Assembly: GCA_963843145.1 (NCBI GenBank)
Contig: CAWJJC010000023.1
Span: forward strand, 1 to 64,000
Direction: 5' to 3'
DNA from: an uncultured delta proteobacterium
Lineage (GTDB): Bacteria; Desulfobacterota; RBG-13-43-22
Length of the DNA: 64,000 nt
The translations under genes were made by a program, and so were the position numbers. Positions 20,281 to 30,695 of this stretch are shown piece after piece; within the stretch, counting starts at the first letter, position 1; each line of letters begins with the position of its first letter. The notes beneath the pieces were generated by a model. That model did no database searches. It was not told the origin of the DNA and saw nothing but the letters and a program-made list of their open reading frames with translations.

Positions 20281-21525
20281 ATGAAAATTCTTCATCTCGT
20301 TCAGGGATACTTTCCGGCGGTCGGGGGCACGGAGTGGCTGATACAGCAAATTTCGGAAGAATTGGTGCGACAATTCGGGGACGAGGTCACCGTATTTACC
20401 ACCAACTGCTTGAGCGGCGAAGGTTTTTTTAATTCCCGCTTACCCCGTCTTCCTTCCGGCTGGGAAGAACGCCGGGGAGTGAAAATACGCCGCTTCGAAG
20501 TCAACAGCCGCTTGAGTTGGATAGCTCGGAAGGTCCAATTCCTGCCTTACCATTTAAGCCTTCCGGGCAATCAATACCTGCGAGCTTTAGCCGGAGGACC
20601 GATTATCCCTGGATTGAAGAAGGCTATCGAGGAACACCCGGCCGAAGTAATTGCCGCCTCTTCTTTTCCCTTACGGCATATGTTTGTCGCTTTGGAAGCC
20701 GCCGCGAAGACCCGCAGGCCTTGTGTGTTTCATGGAGGACTTCATCCCCAAGACCATTGGGGATTTCAGCGGCCCATGATTTACCGGGCCATTCAAAGGG
20801 CCAGCTACTATATTGCCAACACCGATTTCGAAGCCGCCTACGTACAACAACAAGGCGCTGATTCGGGACGGGTGGAAACCGTTGGCGTGGGTACCCACTG
20901 GGAGGCCTTTGCGAAAGGTGATGTTCAAGAAGCCAAGCGGGCACTTGGTTTATCGGGAAAACCGGTAGTTGGTTTTATCGGTCAAATCAGCGCGGTCAAA
21001 GGGGCGGATACCCTGGTCCGGGCCATGCCCTGGGTTTGGAGAACCTTCCCCGAGACCCGCCTGTTGATTGCCGGAGCCAGGACATCTTTCACTTGGCATC
21101 TTGAAAACCTGATAGCCGCCCTTCCGGAAGGGGATCGAAGAAAAATCCACCTCATCACCAATTTTCCTGAAGAGGACAAACCCAGAATTTTTTCCGCTCT
21201 GGATGTTTTCGCTTATCCTTCCGGTTTCGAATCCTTCGGGATCTCCTATTTGGAGGCCTGGGCCTGTAAAAAGCCGGTCATCGGTTGCCTCCGGGGAGCC
21301 GTTCCCTGGGTTATTCAGGGGGGAAAGGATGGCCTCTTGGTACCTTACCAAGATGAAAAGATGCTGGCCGAGTCGATCAACCTCCTCTTAGCCAACCCCC
21401 AGTGGGCGCGAAGTCTGGGGGAAGCGGGATATCAGAAAGTCGTCCGCAGGTATAACTGGCCCGAAATTGCCCGTCGCTTCCGACTGATCTACCAGCGGGT
21501 CTGCGCAAGTTCCTCGGCTTCTTAG
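20281..21525 (+). CDS. GT4 glycosyltransferase
   Basis: MKILHL..PAVGGTE, YPSGFESFGISYLEAWAC. Confidence 0.9.
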   Translation: MKILHLVQGYFPAVGGTEWLIQQISEELVRQFGDEVTVFTTNCLSGEGFFNSRLPRLPSGWEERRGVKIRRFEVNSRLSWIARKVQFLPYHLSLPGNQYLRALAGGPIIPGLKKAIEEHPAEVIAASSFPLRHMFVALEAAAKTRRPCVFHGGLHPQDHWGFQRPMIYRAIQRASYYIANTDFEAAYVQQQGADSGRVETVGVGTHWEAFAKGDVQEAKRALGLSGKPVVGFIGQISAVKGADTLVRAMPWVWRTFPETRLLIAGARTSFTWHLENLIAALPEGDRRKIHLITNFPEEDKPRIFSALDVFAYPSGFESFGISYLEAWACKKPVIGCLRGAVPWVIQGGKDGLLVPYQDEKMLAESINLLLANPQWARSLGEAGYQKVVRRYNWPEIARRFRLIYQRVCASSSAS

Positions 21526-21547
21526 AACTCATTGGTCCCTTCCCGAC

Positions 21548-21579
21548 CGACAAATTTTGTCGTCCTCCGACAAAATTTG
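21548..21579. promoter_or_regulatory. Putative enhancer (bEBP binding site)
   Basis: Perfect 12-bp inverted repeat CAAATTTTGTCG-N5-CGACAAAATTTG about 80-100 bp upstream of a -24/-12 motif. Confidence 0.5.
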
Positions 21580-21654
21580 CTTAAATTTCCATACATCCAT
21601 TTGCCGGCATCAAACTAATAGACTGGATTTAATACTATTTTATCCAAAATGATG

Positions 21655-21671
21655 TTGGCCTTCGTTTTGCT
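21655..21671 (+). promoter_or_regulatory. sigma54 -24/-12 promoter
   Basis: TTGGCCTTCGTTTTGCT gives GG-N10-GC spacing with TTGC at -12. Confidence 0.6.
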
Positions 21672-21739
21672 TCTATCCCTTATTGTTAGATCAAAAATAA
21701 TTGATCGTTCAAACGATAAGGGGGATAGAGAGACACTCA

Positions 21740-23590
21740 ATGAAGGCCGCCACCATTACCAAATTTCTATTAGCGATCCTTTTATTATTCGGATTTATCT
21801 GCGATCTTATTCCTGGAAATGGCGTCTTGGGCCTCACTAACATCTGCCTGGCGCTAGCTGACTCAAAATTTCCCGAAGGAAATGACTTTGCTACCCAGAT
21901 CTTGCACGATCCCTGGAATATGAACCACTACTCGGATATTTCCCAATATATTAATCAGTCCGGCCAGGCGAATATTCTCCAGGATATTGAGGTTGAAAAC
22001 GGACTCTTTTCAGCTCGGTCGGTTGCGGATGCTCATTTTTTTCCTTTATTTCCAGGGTATAACACTGCCATGCTGATCGGCAAAGTGGGGCATAATTATC
22101 CGATTGTCTCCTCCAAATTCAAGACGCTGTATATCGCCATGAAAGTGGATTCGGGGGCGCCAGTCCCCTATCAGGATATGTTCCAAATCATGTGGTTCGC
22201 CGACGAACGACTGAACGGACCGGGAGGAATTTGGGGCTATTCCAAATTTATCACCCTTTATCCCGAAGCCGGAACAGCCACGCCTAATCCTATCTGGAAA
22301 TTATTTAAAATTGACCTTTCCACCGCTGAAAATTATGGCGGAGGCACCCCTTGGACCGGCAGTACTGTCTGGCAAGGATTGCGGATCGATCCCACCCTGC
22401 AAAAGCAGGTAAATTTTCAAGTGGATTGGATACGGCTGACCGACTCCGTACCGGTCAATTTTCCCCTTACCTTTAACGGAGGCGGAGCAAACTTTTCGAT
22501 TTGGATCGTCCCGGACGAGACCAACCGGGAGATCCTGATCCAAACCGGAATCTCCAGCCCCTTTAATTTAGACCTGCAGGGGATCGCTCCGGGAGAGTAT
22601 ACCTATCTGATTAAAAACGGAAGCACGGTGATTAAATCCGGAAGCTTTGAAATCAACCAGGCGCCGATCGTGAATTTTACCCGACCCTCTCCTGCCGGCA
22701 GCGAGGATTATGCCACCCTGGCGGGTACTCCTTGGGATATGAGCACTGGATCCGGGGTTAATATGGATTGCGCCGCCTATAATTTTCAGGACGGCAAGCT
22801 GAACTTGACCACCCCGACGGTCGCCGCTCAACCCCCCCAATGTGACGGGGGGGGTGTTTCCGACCCACGATTGAATCTGAACGTGCCTTCGCCCTTCAAC
22901 CCGGCTGAATACCGTTATTTATCCTTCCGGATGTATACGGAAGGGGCCTGGCAAAACGTCCCTCAAGGGATGATGGCCCGTTGGATCTGGACGGTTCCCG
23001 GCAGCGGGAACAATTGCTACCTGGTAAGTCAGGATATCCCTTTTGACGTGGGCTGGCAGACCTATACCATTGATTTATTCGATGCCTTCAACGGGACTCC
23101 TGAGGTGGTGGCCGGCCCCTGCCCCCAGTATTCCTGGAAAAATACCCCTACCGTGACCGGGTTGCGTTTTGACCCGAATGAAAATATATTGGGCTATCCT
23201 CTGTTTCAATCGATCGACTGGATCAAACTCTACAAAGGGGATCATGTTGCCAGAGGGGTTCCCTTCCCGGTAAAAATGTTTCTAAATAAACCTCCGGAAG
23301 AAACGGGACTCAGTTATTTTTACACCAGCGACCCCATGAACGATCCCCAGCAACAGGCGGCCCGGGTCTATTTGTCCAGCCCCCCCTTGTCATCGACTGG
23401 TCCCTACCGGGTTTATATTCCTATGTTAACTTCAAAATTCAATCCCACCGATGTACCCCCGCCCAACAGCGTGACTTACAATTGGGATACCAGTCAGGTT
23501 ACTCCCGGGAAATACTATATTTGCGTCTCGGTGACGGACTCTCACAATCCAACTACCGTATGCAGCGACGTTCCCGTCCAGGTAATCTAA
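21740..23590 (+). CDS. Secreted protein with two internal CBM-like beta-sandwich repeats
   Basis: Signal peptide. Repeat D(F/Y)AT..PW(N/D)M..(I)DL..GLR(I/F)DP..DWI(R/K)L occurs twice. Confidence 0.7.
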   Translation: MKAATITKFLLAILLLFGFICDLIPGNGVLGLTNICLALADSKFPEGNDFATQILHDPWNMNHYSDISQYINQSGQANILQDIEVENGLFSARSVADAHFFPLFPGYNTAMLIGKVGHNYPIVSSKFKTLYIAMKVDSGAPVPYQDMFQIMWFADERLNGPGGIWGYSKFITLYPEAGTATPNPIWKLFKIDLSTAENYGGGTPWTGSTVWQGLRIDPTLQKQVNFQVDWIRLTDSVPVNFPLTFNGGGANFSIWIVPDETNREILIQTGISSPFNLDLQGIAPGEYTYLIKNGSTVIKSGSFEINQAPIVNFTRPSPAGSEDYATLAGTPWDMSTGSGVNMDCAAYNFQDGKLNLTTPTVAAQPPQCDGGGVSDPRLNLNVPSPFNPAEYRYLSFRMYTEGAWQNVPQGMMARWIWTVPGSGNNCYLVSQDIPFDVGWQTYTIDLFDAFNGTPEVVAGPCPQYSWKNTPTVTGLRFDPNENILGYPLFQSIDWIKLYKGDHVARGVPFPVKMFLNKPPEETGLSYFYTSDPMNDPQQQAARVYLSSPPLSSTGPYRVYIPMLTSKFNPTDVPPPNSVTYNWDTSQVTPGKYYICVSVTDSHNPTTVCSDVPVQVI

Positions 23591-23775
23591 TTATCGCTTT
23601 ACCCTTTTTAAGTGGTACCCCTCAATATCCGGTATAGCCCGCTGAGTCTTTTGGAAAGCCTTTTCTAAAAATCAATCTGCCCTTGGCAATAACGGCTATC
23701 TCCCTTGACGTTGCTTAAGTCGATGCCGCTGCAAAAGTGGTATGGTTCCCGGCTCGTAGAATCTACAGCTCGAAG

Positions 23776-25029
23776 ATGAATTCAAATACCCTCCTAGACA
23801 TTCTGGCCTGCCCCCTTTGCAAGGCCCGTCTCCACCGAGTGGCAGCAGCGCTGGTCTGTTCTGTTTGCGGAGAAACGTACCCGGTGGTGGATGGAATCCC
23901 CATTCTGTTAACCGATCGGTGTTCTCCAAAAATGCAACGGCAATCCGACTTGATCCTCCGGAACGATTACGATCCCTGGCTTCACCGGACCATTCTCCGT
24001 TCGCTCTTCGATAACCAGGTGGCCTTGGAAGTGGGATCCGGCAATATGGGCTTAAGCATCCCCAATATCATCCGGATGGACGTTCTTTTGACCCCTCATG
24101 TGGATCTGGTAGCCGATGTTCATGCGCTCCCTTTCCTGCCCGAAAGCCTTGATTTTATTTTTTCGTTAGCAGTTATGGAACACATCCGGAATCCCTTCCA
24201 GGCAGCCCAATCCATGTATTCGGCGTTGAAAGACGGGGGCTATATTTATCACGAATGCAACTTTGTGTTTGCCTACCATGGATATCCCTACCATTTTTTC
24301 AATGCCACGGCTGAAGGCATGGAATCCGTATTCTCCGCGTTTGAAATCAAGCGGCAAGGAGTGGCGCCCTACCAAATGCCCTCTTTCGCACTGCAAAATG
24401 TCTTGAGCACCTATATTCACCATATTCGCCATCCGGAACTAGGCCAGGATCTTCGATTTATCCAGCAATTAAAGGAAATCCTCGACCAGGATTTACAGTC
24501 TTTTGACGCCTACTTTACGGAACAAGCGGCTTTAAACCTGGCCGCCGGCACCTACCTAGTCGGTCAAAAAAAATTATCATCCCACCCGGCCCTGATACCG
24601 CCTGTCCTTCTGGATGCCTGGCGGGTAAGCCCCGATCTTAAGAAGAGATTCCCGAACGTGGACCAAGTAATGGACCCGGATAATATTTTGCTTTGGGCCA
24701 AACAGGAAGGGAGAACCCAGTTCCCGGAAATCGACAACTTCCTAAGCAACTTAACCCCTTTTGATAAAGGCACCCCCTTGAACCGGAAAAGCGCCGCCAC
24801 CTCTTTTCATTCCAAAAAGTATTACTTCAGCTTCGAAGCCGACAACGGCTCCCCTTCTAAAACGCCAACAATTAACCCGGTTGATCCCCGGGAAAGCCGC
24901 AATTTTTTTTTAAGGTTGGGCGTCTGGGGAAGATACGTGAAACAGGGTTTGGCGATTATTAAAAAGGAAGGGTCCCGGGTTTTCCTGGGAAAAATTTTCC
25001 GATCCTGGAGCCGCAGGCTTTTATCGTAA
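23776..25029 (+). CDS. Trm112-like Zn ribbon plus SAM-dependent methyltransferase
   Basis: LDILACPLCK..CSVCGETYPVVDGIPIL, ALEVGSG, ADVHALPF, VMEH. Confidence 0.8.
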   Translation: MNSNTLLDILACPLCKARLHRVAAALVCSVCGETYPVVDGIPILLTDRCSPKMQRQSDLILRNDYDPWLHRTILRSLFDNQVALEVGSGNMGLSIPNIIRMDVLLTPHVDLVADVHALPFLPESLDFIFSLAVMEHIRNPFQAAQSMYSALKDGGYIYHECNFVFAYHGYPYHFFNATAEGMESVFSAFEIKRQGVAPYQMPSFALQNVLSTYIHHIRHPELGQDLRFIQQLKEILDQDLQSFDAYFTEQAALNLAAGTYLVGQKKLSSHPALIPPVLLDAWRVSPDLKKRFPNVDQVMDPDNILLWAKQEGRTQFPEIDNFLSNLTPFDKGTPLNRKSAATSFHSKKYYFSFEADNGSPSKTPTINPVDPRESRNFFLRLGVWGRYVKQGLAIIKKEGSRVFLGKIFRSWSRRLLS

Positions 25030-25126
25030 CCGTTCCCCCGTCATCCGCATCCCCTATCGGAGAAAGGTTGAAAAAATGAACCTCCCTCATAGCATCAGGG
25101 AATAAATCGGTTCAAACGGTTTACCC

Positions 25127-26260
25127 ATGCGGATTGCGATCAATACCCTCCCCTTATTGGACCATAAAGCCGGCGCGGAGCGTTATACCCAAAACATCAT
25201 TAACCACCTGGTCCGCCTGAATGGAGATCATCAATACCACTTGATTTTAAGCAGGATTAACCAAAGCCTGTACCGTCCGAATCGTGGAAATTTCCAGCAA
25301 ACCGTAGTCAATGTGAATACCCGCTACAAACTGCTGCGCATTTTATCCGAACAGATTTATCTCCCCCGTCTGCTGCAACAGCAAGGCGTAGATCTTCTTT
25401 TTTCTCCCTGCAACATCGGACCCCGGTTCCTTTCCGTCCCACTGGTCATCACCCTCTTCGACCTCCACTGGCTTCGCTTTCCGGAATTATTCAGCCCTTT
25501 TCGTCTGGCCTATCTTCGCCGGGCGCTGACCTGGTCGACCCGTAAGGCCGAGGCCGTACTAACCATCTCCGAAAATTCAAAAAAGGATCTGATCAACATG
25601 CTCTCAGTGCCGGAAGAAAAAATCACCGTGACCTATGTGGGGTTGGATCCTCTGTTTCGAGAGATCCCCGAAAAATCCGAACTCCGTGACCTGCGTCGGC
25701 GCTACGGCCTGAAGGATCGATTCATCCTCTCTGTCGGTCAGCTTCATAAAAGAAAAAACATCCCAGGTCTGCTGCAGGCCTACCGGCGCTTCGCCGCCCA
25801 TTCTCCCTTGAACGTCCAGTTGGTTTTGGCCGGCGGTGAGGGGGACGGCGCCGCGGAAGTCCGGGAGGCTGTTCGTCCGATTGGCCGGGATCGAGTAATT
25901 TTCACCGGCTGTCTGCCGGATGAAGACCTGCTGCGGTTCTATCATGCCGCCGAATGCCTGGTATATCCTTCTTTCTATGAAGGGTTCGGGTTGCCCGTTC
26001 TGGAGGCCATGGCCTGCGGCTGCCCGGTGATTACTTCCAATGTCTCGTCCCTGCCCGAGGTCGCGGGGGAGGCCGCGCTTCTGATCGATCCCTATCGGAT
26101 TGAGACGATTACCAGCGCCCTGGTTTCGCTGTTAACCAACCCGAGTTTGGCCCAAACCCTTATCCAGAAAGGATTTGAGCAAGCCCGCCGGTTTACCTGG
26201 GAAGCCGCGGCCCAGAAGACCCTGGATGTATTCGAAAAGGTTAAGGCCGCCTGTGGCTGA
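25127..26260 (+). CDS. GT4 glycosyltransferase
   Basis: [29 protein letters not shown]. Confidence 0.92.
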   Translation: MRIAINTLPLLDHKAGAERYTQNIINHLVRLNGDHQYHLILSRINQSLYRPNRGNFQQTVVNVNTRYKLLRILSEQIYLPRLLQQQGVDLLFSPCNIGPRFLSVPLVITLFDLHWLRFPELFSPFRLAYLRRALTWSTRKAEAVLTISENSKKDLINMLSVPEEKITVTYVGLDPLFREIPEKSELRDLRRRYGLKDRFILSVGQLHKRKNIPGLLQAYRRFAAHSPLNVQLVLAGGEGDGAAEVREAVRPIGRDRVIFTGCLPDEDLLRFYHAAECLVYPSFYEGFGLPVLEAMACGCPVITSNVSSLPEVAGEAALLIDPYRIETITSALVSLLTNPSLAQTLIQKGFEQARRFTWEAAAQKTLDVFEKVKAACG

Positions 26261-27023
26261 ACCGATCAGACCCTTGATTACCCTCTCGATCGTCAGCCAT
26301 CACCAGGGCGGAATGGTAAACCACCTCTTGAAAGACCTGCAACAGGTTTGTCATGAACCCGCCCTGCGGGTTATCCTAACCCTGAATCTTCCGGAAAAAC
26401 TTCCTTTTCACCCTGAAGAGTTCCCCTTCCCCGTCGATATACTTCAGAATTCCCGGCCCCTGGGGTTCGGGGCCAATCAGAACCAGGCCTTTCGGCAGGC
26501 CTCGGGAACGTTCTTCGGGGTACTAAACCCCGATCTTCGCCTTCCTCAGAATCCTTTCCCCAGTTTATGTTCCACCCTGGAAGCGGGGAAGAAGATCGGG
26601 GTAATCGCCCCCCGGGTGGAGGATGAGGCCCAAAATCTCGCCGATAATGCCCGCCGCTTCCCTACCCCCTTTCAGATTCTGAAAAGGATCCTGGGCGACT
26701 CGCGGCAACCCGATTATCCCCTGGCTGGCCGGCCCATTCCGGTGGATTGGCTGGCCGGTCTTTTTTTATTGTTTCCCTCTCGGCTGTTTACTGCTATCAA
26801 GGGATTCGATGAGCGCTATTTTATGTATTGTGAAGACGTGGATATCTGCGCCCGTTTCCGCCTGGCCGGGTATGAGGTCTTTTGGGATCCCAGGATCTCC
26901 GTCATCCACCAGGCGCAGCGCCACAGCCACCGCCGTCTGAACCATTTAAGATGGCACCTAGTCAGTTTGATTCGTTTTTTCAATTCCGAGGTTTTTACGG
27001 CGCTTAGGCCGCATTTGCTATGA
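26253..27023 (+). CDS. GT2 glycosyltransferase (rhamnosyltransferase-like)
   Basis: GFGANQN, VLNPD, GFDERYFMYCEDVD. GTG start overlaps the upstream stop. Confidence 0.85.
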   Translation: MAEPIRPLITLSIVSHHQGGMVNHLLKDLQQVCHEPALRVILTLNLPEKLPFHPEEFPFPVDILQNSRPLGFGANQNQAFRQASGTFFGVLNPDLRLPQNPFPSLCSTLEAGKKIGVIAPRVEDEAQNLADNARRFPTPFQILKRILGDSRQPDYPLAGRPIPVDWLAGLFLLFPSRLFTAIKGFDERYFMYCEDVDICARFRLAGYEVFWDPRISVIHQAQRHSHRRLNHLRWHLVSLIRFFNSEVFTALRPHLL

Positions 27024-28474
27024 AGACCTACATTGCCTTCTTTTTTATATCCTTGGTCGCGGCCTGGATCGTTACCCCCTGGACCCGCAACCTCGCGATC
27101 CGCTTCGGCGTTTTGGACCGGCCCAGCCGGCGGAAGATTCACCAGGGTGAAATACCCCGACTGGGGGGAGTGGCCATTTTGGTGGCCACTGTTCTCCCTT
27201 TTATCGGGTTTTTATTCCATAGCAACCTGCTCTGGGAACAGATCCGTTTATTCTGGCAACCCCTGTCGGGTTTGGCGCTCGGCAGCTTGCTGGTCTTCAG
27301 TGTCGGTCTGTTGGATGACCGCTATCACTTATCGCCCTGGCCTAAATTGGCGGCCGAAATCCTGGCGGCCCTGGTGGCGGTTGCCTTCGGTCTGCGGATC
27401 GAGTTTATCAGCCAGCCCTTTGGCTGGCAGATAGACCTGCGCTGGCTGAGTTTTCCCCTCTCCGTCTTTTGGCTGGTGGGCATTACCAATGCCTTCAACC
27501 TGGCGGATGGACTGGATGGCCTGGCCACCGGGATCGCCACCTTTGCGGCCCTGATCCTCTTTTATATGACCTATGCCGGCGGCTATTCCGTAGCGGCCCT
27601 CCTGGCGATCGCATTGGCCGGGGCCGCTCTGGGTTTCCTGCGCTATAACTTTTATCCGGCCACTATTTTCTTAGGGGATTCCGGCAGCCTCTTTCTGGGT
27701 TTTTACCTCGGCGGTCTCTCGCTCTGGGCCTCCGAAAAAAGCACCATCACCTTCGCCCTGCTGATCCCCATTGTGGCCCTGGGACTTCCCCTGACGGATA
27801 TGCTCTACGCCGTCCTGCGACGCTGGATTCGGGGGGTTCCCCTAAAACTTGCCGATCGGGAACATATTCATCATAAATTGATGGACATGGGTTTTGCCCA
27901 GAGGCCAACGGTCCTGATCCTTTACGGGGTCAACATTTTCTTGGTCATTCTGGCCGGGGTACTGTTGATAACCCGCAATTCCCTGGCCGCCTATATTCTG
28001 GTTCTGTTGGGAGCGGCCCTGGTCATCGGCTCCCGGGTGTTAGGCTATTTCCGTTTTTCCCGCTTTGTGCGCCATCTGGTTCACCGTTGGAAAGACCTGC
28101 AGCAATCCAAATATGTGACCTTCCGGGCCCACTGGTTGCGGAAGGCTTTTGAAAAGGAGCCGTCTTTGGCCGGCCGCTGGGATTTGGCGGAGGACCTCTG
28201 GCCCGATCTGGGCTTTCGACAAGTCCGGTTTATTCCCGCCATTTCCCATTTCCCGGCCCTCGAGTGGCTGACGACGAACCCCGCCGACCCGGAAGGGAAG
28301 GAAAGCGAACTAATCCTGACGCTATCCATACTGGGACCACAGGGTTCTATCGGTTCCTTAGAAATCACCTGGCTTTCCAATACCCAGCCGTTGCCGGCCG
28401 GTCTGGATAAGATCCTATCCGTCATGGCGAACGATTTCGCTCGGGATATTTCCTTGCCGCCCTTGACTCCTTAA
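27020..28474 (+). CDS. WecA/MraY-family undecaprenyl-phosphate HexNAc-1-P transferase
   Basis: PRLGG, GLLDD, NAFNLADGLDGLA, IFLGDSGS, DREHIHHKL. Confidence 0.9.
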   Translation: MKTYIAFFFISLVAAWIVTPWTRNLAIRFGVLDRPSRRKIHQGEIPRLGGVAILVATVLPFIGFLFHSNLLWEQIRLFWQPLSGLALGSLLVFSVGLLDDRYHLSPWPKLAAEILAALVAVAFGLRIEFISQPFGWQIDLRWLSFPLSVFWLVGITNAFNLADGLDGLATGIATFAALILFYMTYAGGYSVAALLAIALAGAALGFLRYNFYPATIFLGDSGSLFLGFYLGGLSLWASEKSTITFALLIPIVALGLPLTDMLYAVLRRWIRGVPLKLADREHIHHKLMDMGFAQRPTVLILYGVNIFLVILAGVLLITRNSLAAYILVLLGAALVIGSRVLGYFRFSRFVRHLVHRWKDLQQSKYVTFRAHWLRKAFEKEPSLAGRWDLAEDLWPDLGFRQVRFIPAISHFPALEWLTTNPADPEGKESELILTLSILGPQGSIGSLEITWLSNTQPLPAGLDKILSVMANDFARDISLPPLTP

Positions 28475-28489
28475 CCCCCCGAGGCCTCC

Positions 28490-30476
28490 TTGTCCCCTTC
28501 CGAAGCTGGCAGTAAACGGCAACCGGTAAATCCCTTCTGGATAATCGCTTTCTTTTTCCTCATGGCCGGAGGGGTGTTATTCTTCCACCTGCCGGAAAAA
28601 TGGACCGCCGCGCTGGTCGTCGGTTTCTTCCTTTCCCTGGCGGCACTGCATCCACTCAACGGGATCTCCTTTTTATTGCTGGTGATCCCCTTTTTTTTAG
28701 GGAATCCTATCAAGCCATATATTTTTTTGTTGGAGATCTTTATTTATGGGACCCTGGTTTCCGCATTTCTTCATTGGCGATCCCGGGAACGACGAGGGGC
28801 CTCTCCCTTAAAATTCCCGCTGCTGCTCTGGATTCTGGTAGCGGCCTTGAGCCTCCCGCTGGACGCCCGAGAACTCTATTACACCCTCTGGGCCTCGTCC
28901 GGCCGTGACCTTTTTTTTCAATGGCTCAGCGGGAATCCCGGCTACCCGGTTCACTTTTTTCGAATCCTCTGCAACCTAATAAGCGCGGTCGGCCTTTTTT
29001 GGGTTACTCTTCACTGGCTCAAAAAAGACTGCGAACCTTTCCTGATCAAAACCTGTCAAGCCCTGGTCGTCATGGGTGCCCTGATCGCCGGCCTGGGCCT
29101 GCTTTTTTTGTTTCAGTGGCTTCCCCGGGGCCGAAGCTACTTGAGTCTTTCCCTGGTTGGTGTTCATGAAGGCGCCATATCGGCCTTCGCCTTTAATCGG
29201 CAGTTTCTGGCCCAATATTTGTTGCTCTGCCTGCCATTTGCCGTTTATCTGGCTCAGCGGTATGGCCGCCGACGGAACTATGCCGCTCTCTTACTGACCT
29301 CAGGGTCTCTGGCCCTTTTCATCCTGGCCATAGGGGCCAGCATGCAGCGATCGGCCTTTTTGGTCCTGTTCCTGCAAATCGGTTTTTTTTTCTTGGGGAT
29401 CGCCTGGTTCATTCGCCTCCCCAAAAGCCAAATCGCCTTACTCGGCCTCATCCCGCTGCTGATAGCCGCGGGATTGTTTCTTTTGGATTGGACGGTGTTC
29501 GATCAACGGTTTATCCATCGGCTTCAATACCTCGAGCACCGCGAGAATATCCGTCTTCAACTCTGGCGCACGACCTGGGAGATGTTTTCCTATTCTCCTT
29601 TGTTAGGGATAGGCCTGGGACGGTATTACACCTTTTTCCCCGATTTTTACCCCGGACCGCCGGGGGCCTGGGAACAATTCAATGTCAATCGAGGAAACGC
29701 CCACTCCATCTATATCCAGCCGCTGGCCGAGCAGGGTCTCTTGGGGTTCCTGTCCTTCCTGCTGCTGATAGGCGTTATCTTAACCATTGCCCTTAAAATG
29801 CTCAAAGGGGAAACCGAAAAAGAGCGGCTCTGGTTAGGCCTGTCAATCACTATCGCCCTGATAACTTGGCTGATCTTTGGGCTTTTTCACCATATCGCCT
29901 ACGACCTCCGCTCTCTGGAAATCTTTTTTTGGATCTTTACCGCCTTTCTGCTGGTCCTGGCCCGGAGAACCGCCGGATCTTTCCAACCTGGGAAAAAAAT
30001 TGGTTGTCGGGCTGATCATCGTTTTGACCGCCGCTTTGGCTTACCAGGTAAAACTGATAACCAACTACCCGATGGGAGAACATTTTCAAGTCGGTTTTTA
30101 TCAATGGGAGAAACAAGCGGACGGCAGCCGGGTCCGCTGGATGGGCCAACGGGCCGCGGCGGTCCTCCCCGCAGGGACGGAAGAATTGATTTTGGAGCTT
30201 CGCGCCCCGCTCCCGGGAGTAGAACAGCGGCCTCAACGAGTCCGAATCCGACTTGATCAGCGAACCTATGCCTTGACTCTGACCGACCGGGAATGGAGAA
30301 GGTTGGCGCTTCCCTTAACGGCCCCTGGGACCCGTCGGCACCTGATTTCGCTGGAAACGGCTTATACTTTTAATCCTGCCCAGTCCCTCGGCAGCCAGGA
30401 CTCGAGGAACCTGGGGATACAACTGAAAGATTTTGAACGGCGGCCTTTAGCAACCGCAAACCCTGGCGGGTTTTAA
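28490..30476 (+). CDS. Second O-antigen ligase/Wzy_C-family protein with C-terminal periplasmic domain (frameshift at A7 run 29993-29999)
   Basis: TM-rich, GIGLGRY, GNAHSIYIQPLAEQG. The continuation frame ends with QDSRNLG. Confidence 0.8.
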
Positions 30477-30695
30477 GGAATCCCTGGCAAGACGCCTATT
30501 ACCTTCAATCCCAGGCGATCCAGGTGATTTTTGAATTGACTTTTGTCTCTCCTGCCTTTTAACATTATCTATTACACTTATGGAATCGAGGCCTAAGAAG
30601 GTGGTGATGTTCATGATATGGATCATGGAACGCCCGAAGAGGGCGAAACAGGGAATGTTGCTTAAGAGGAACTTTCAAAAAATTGGAGGCATATC

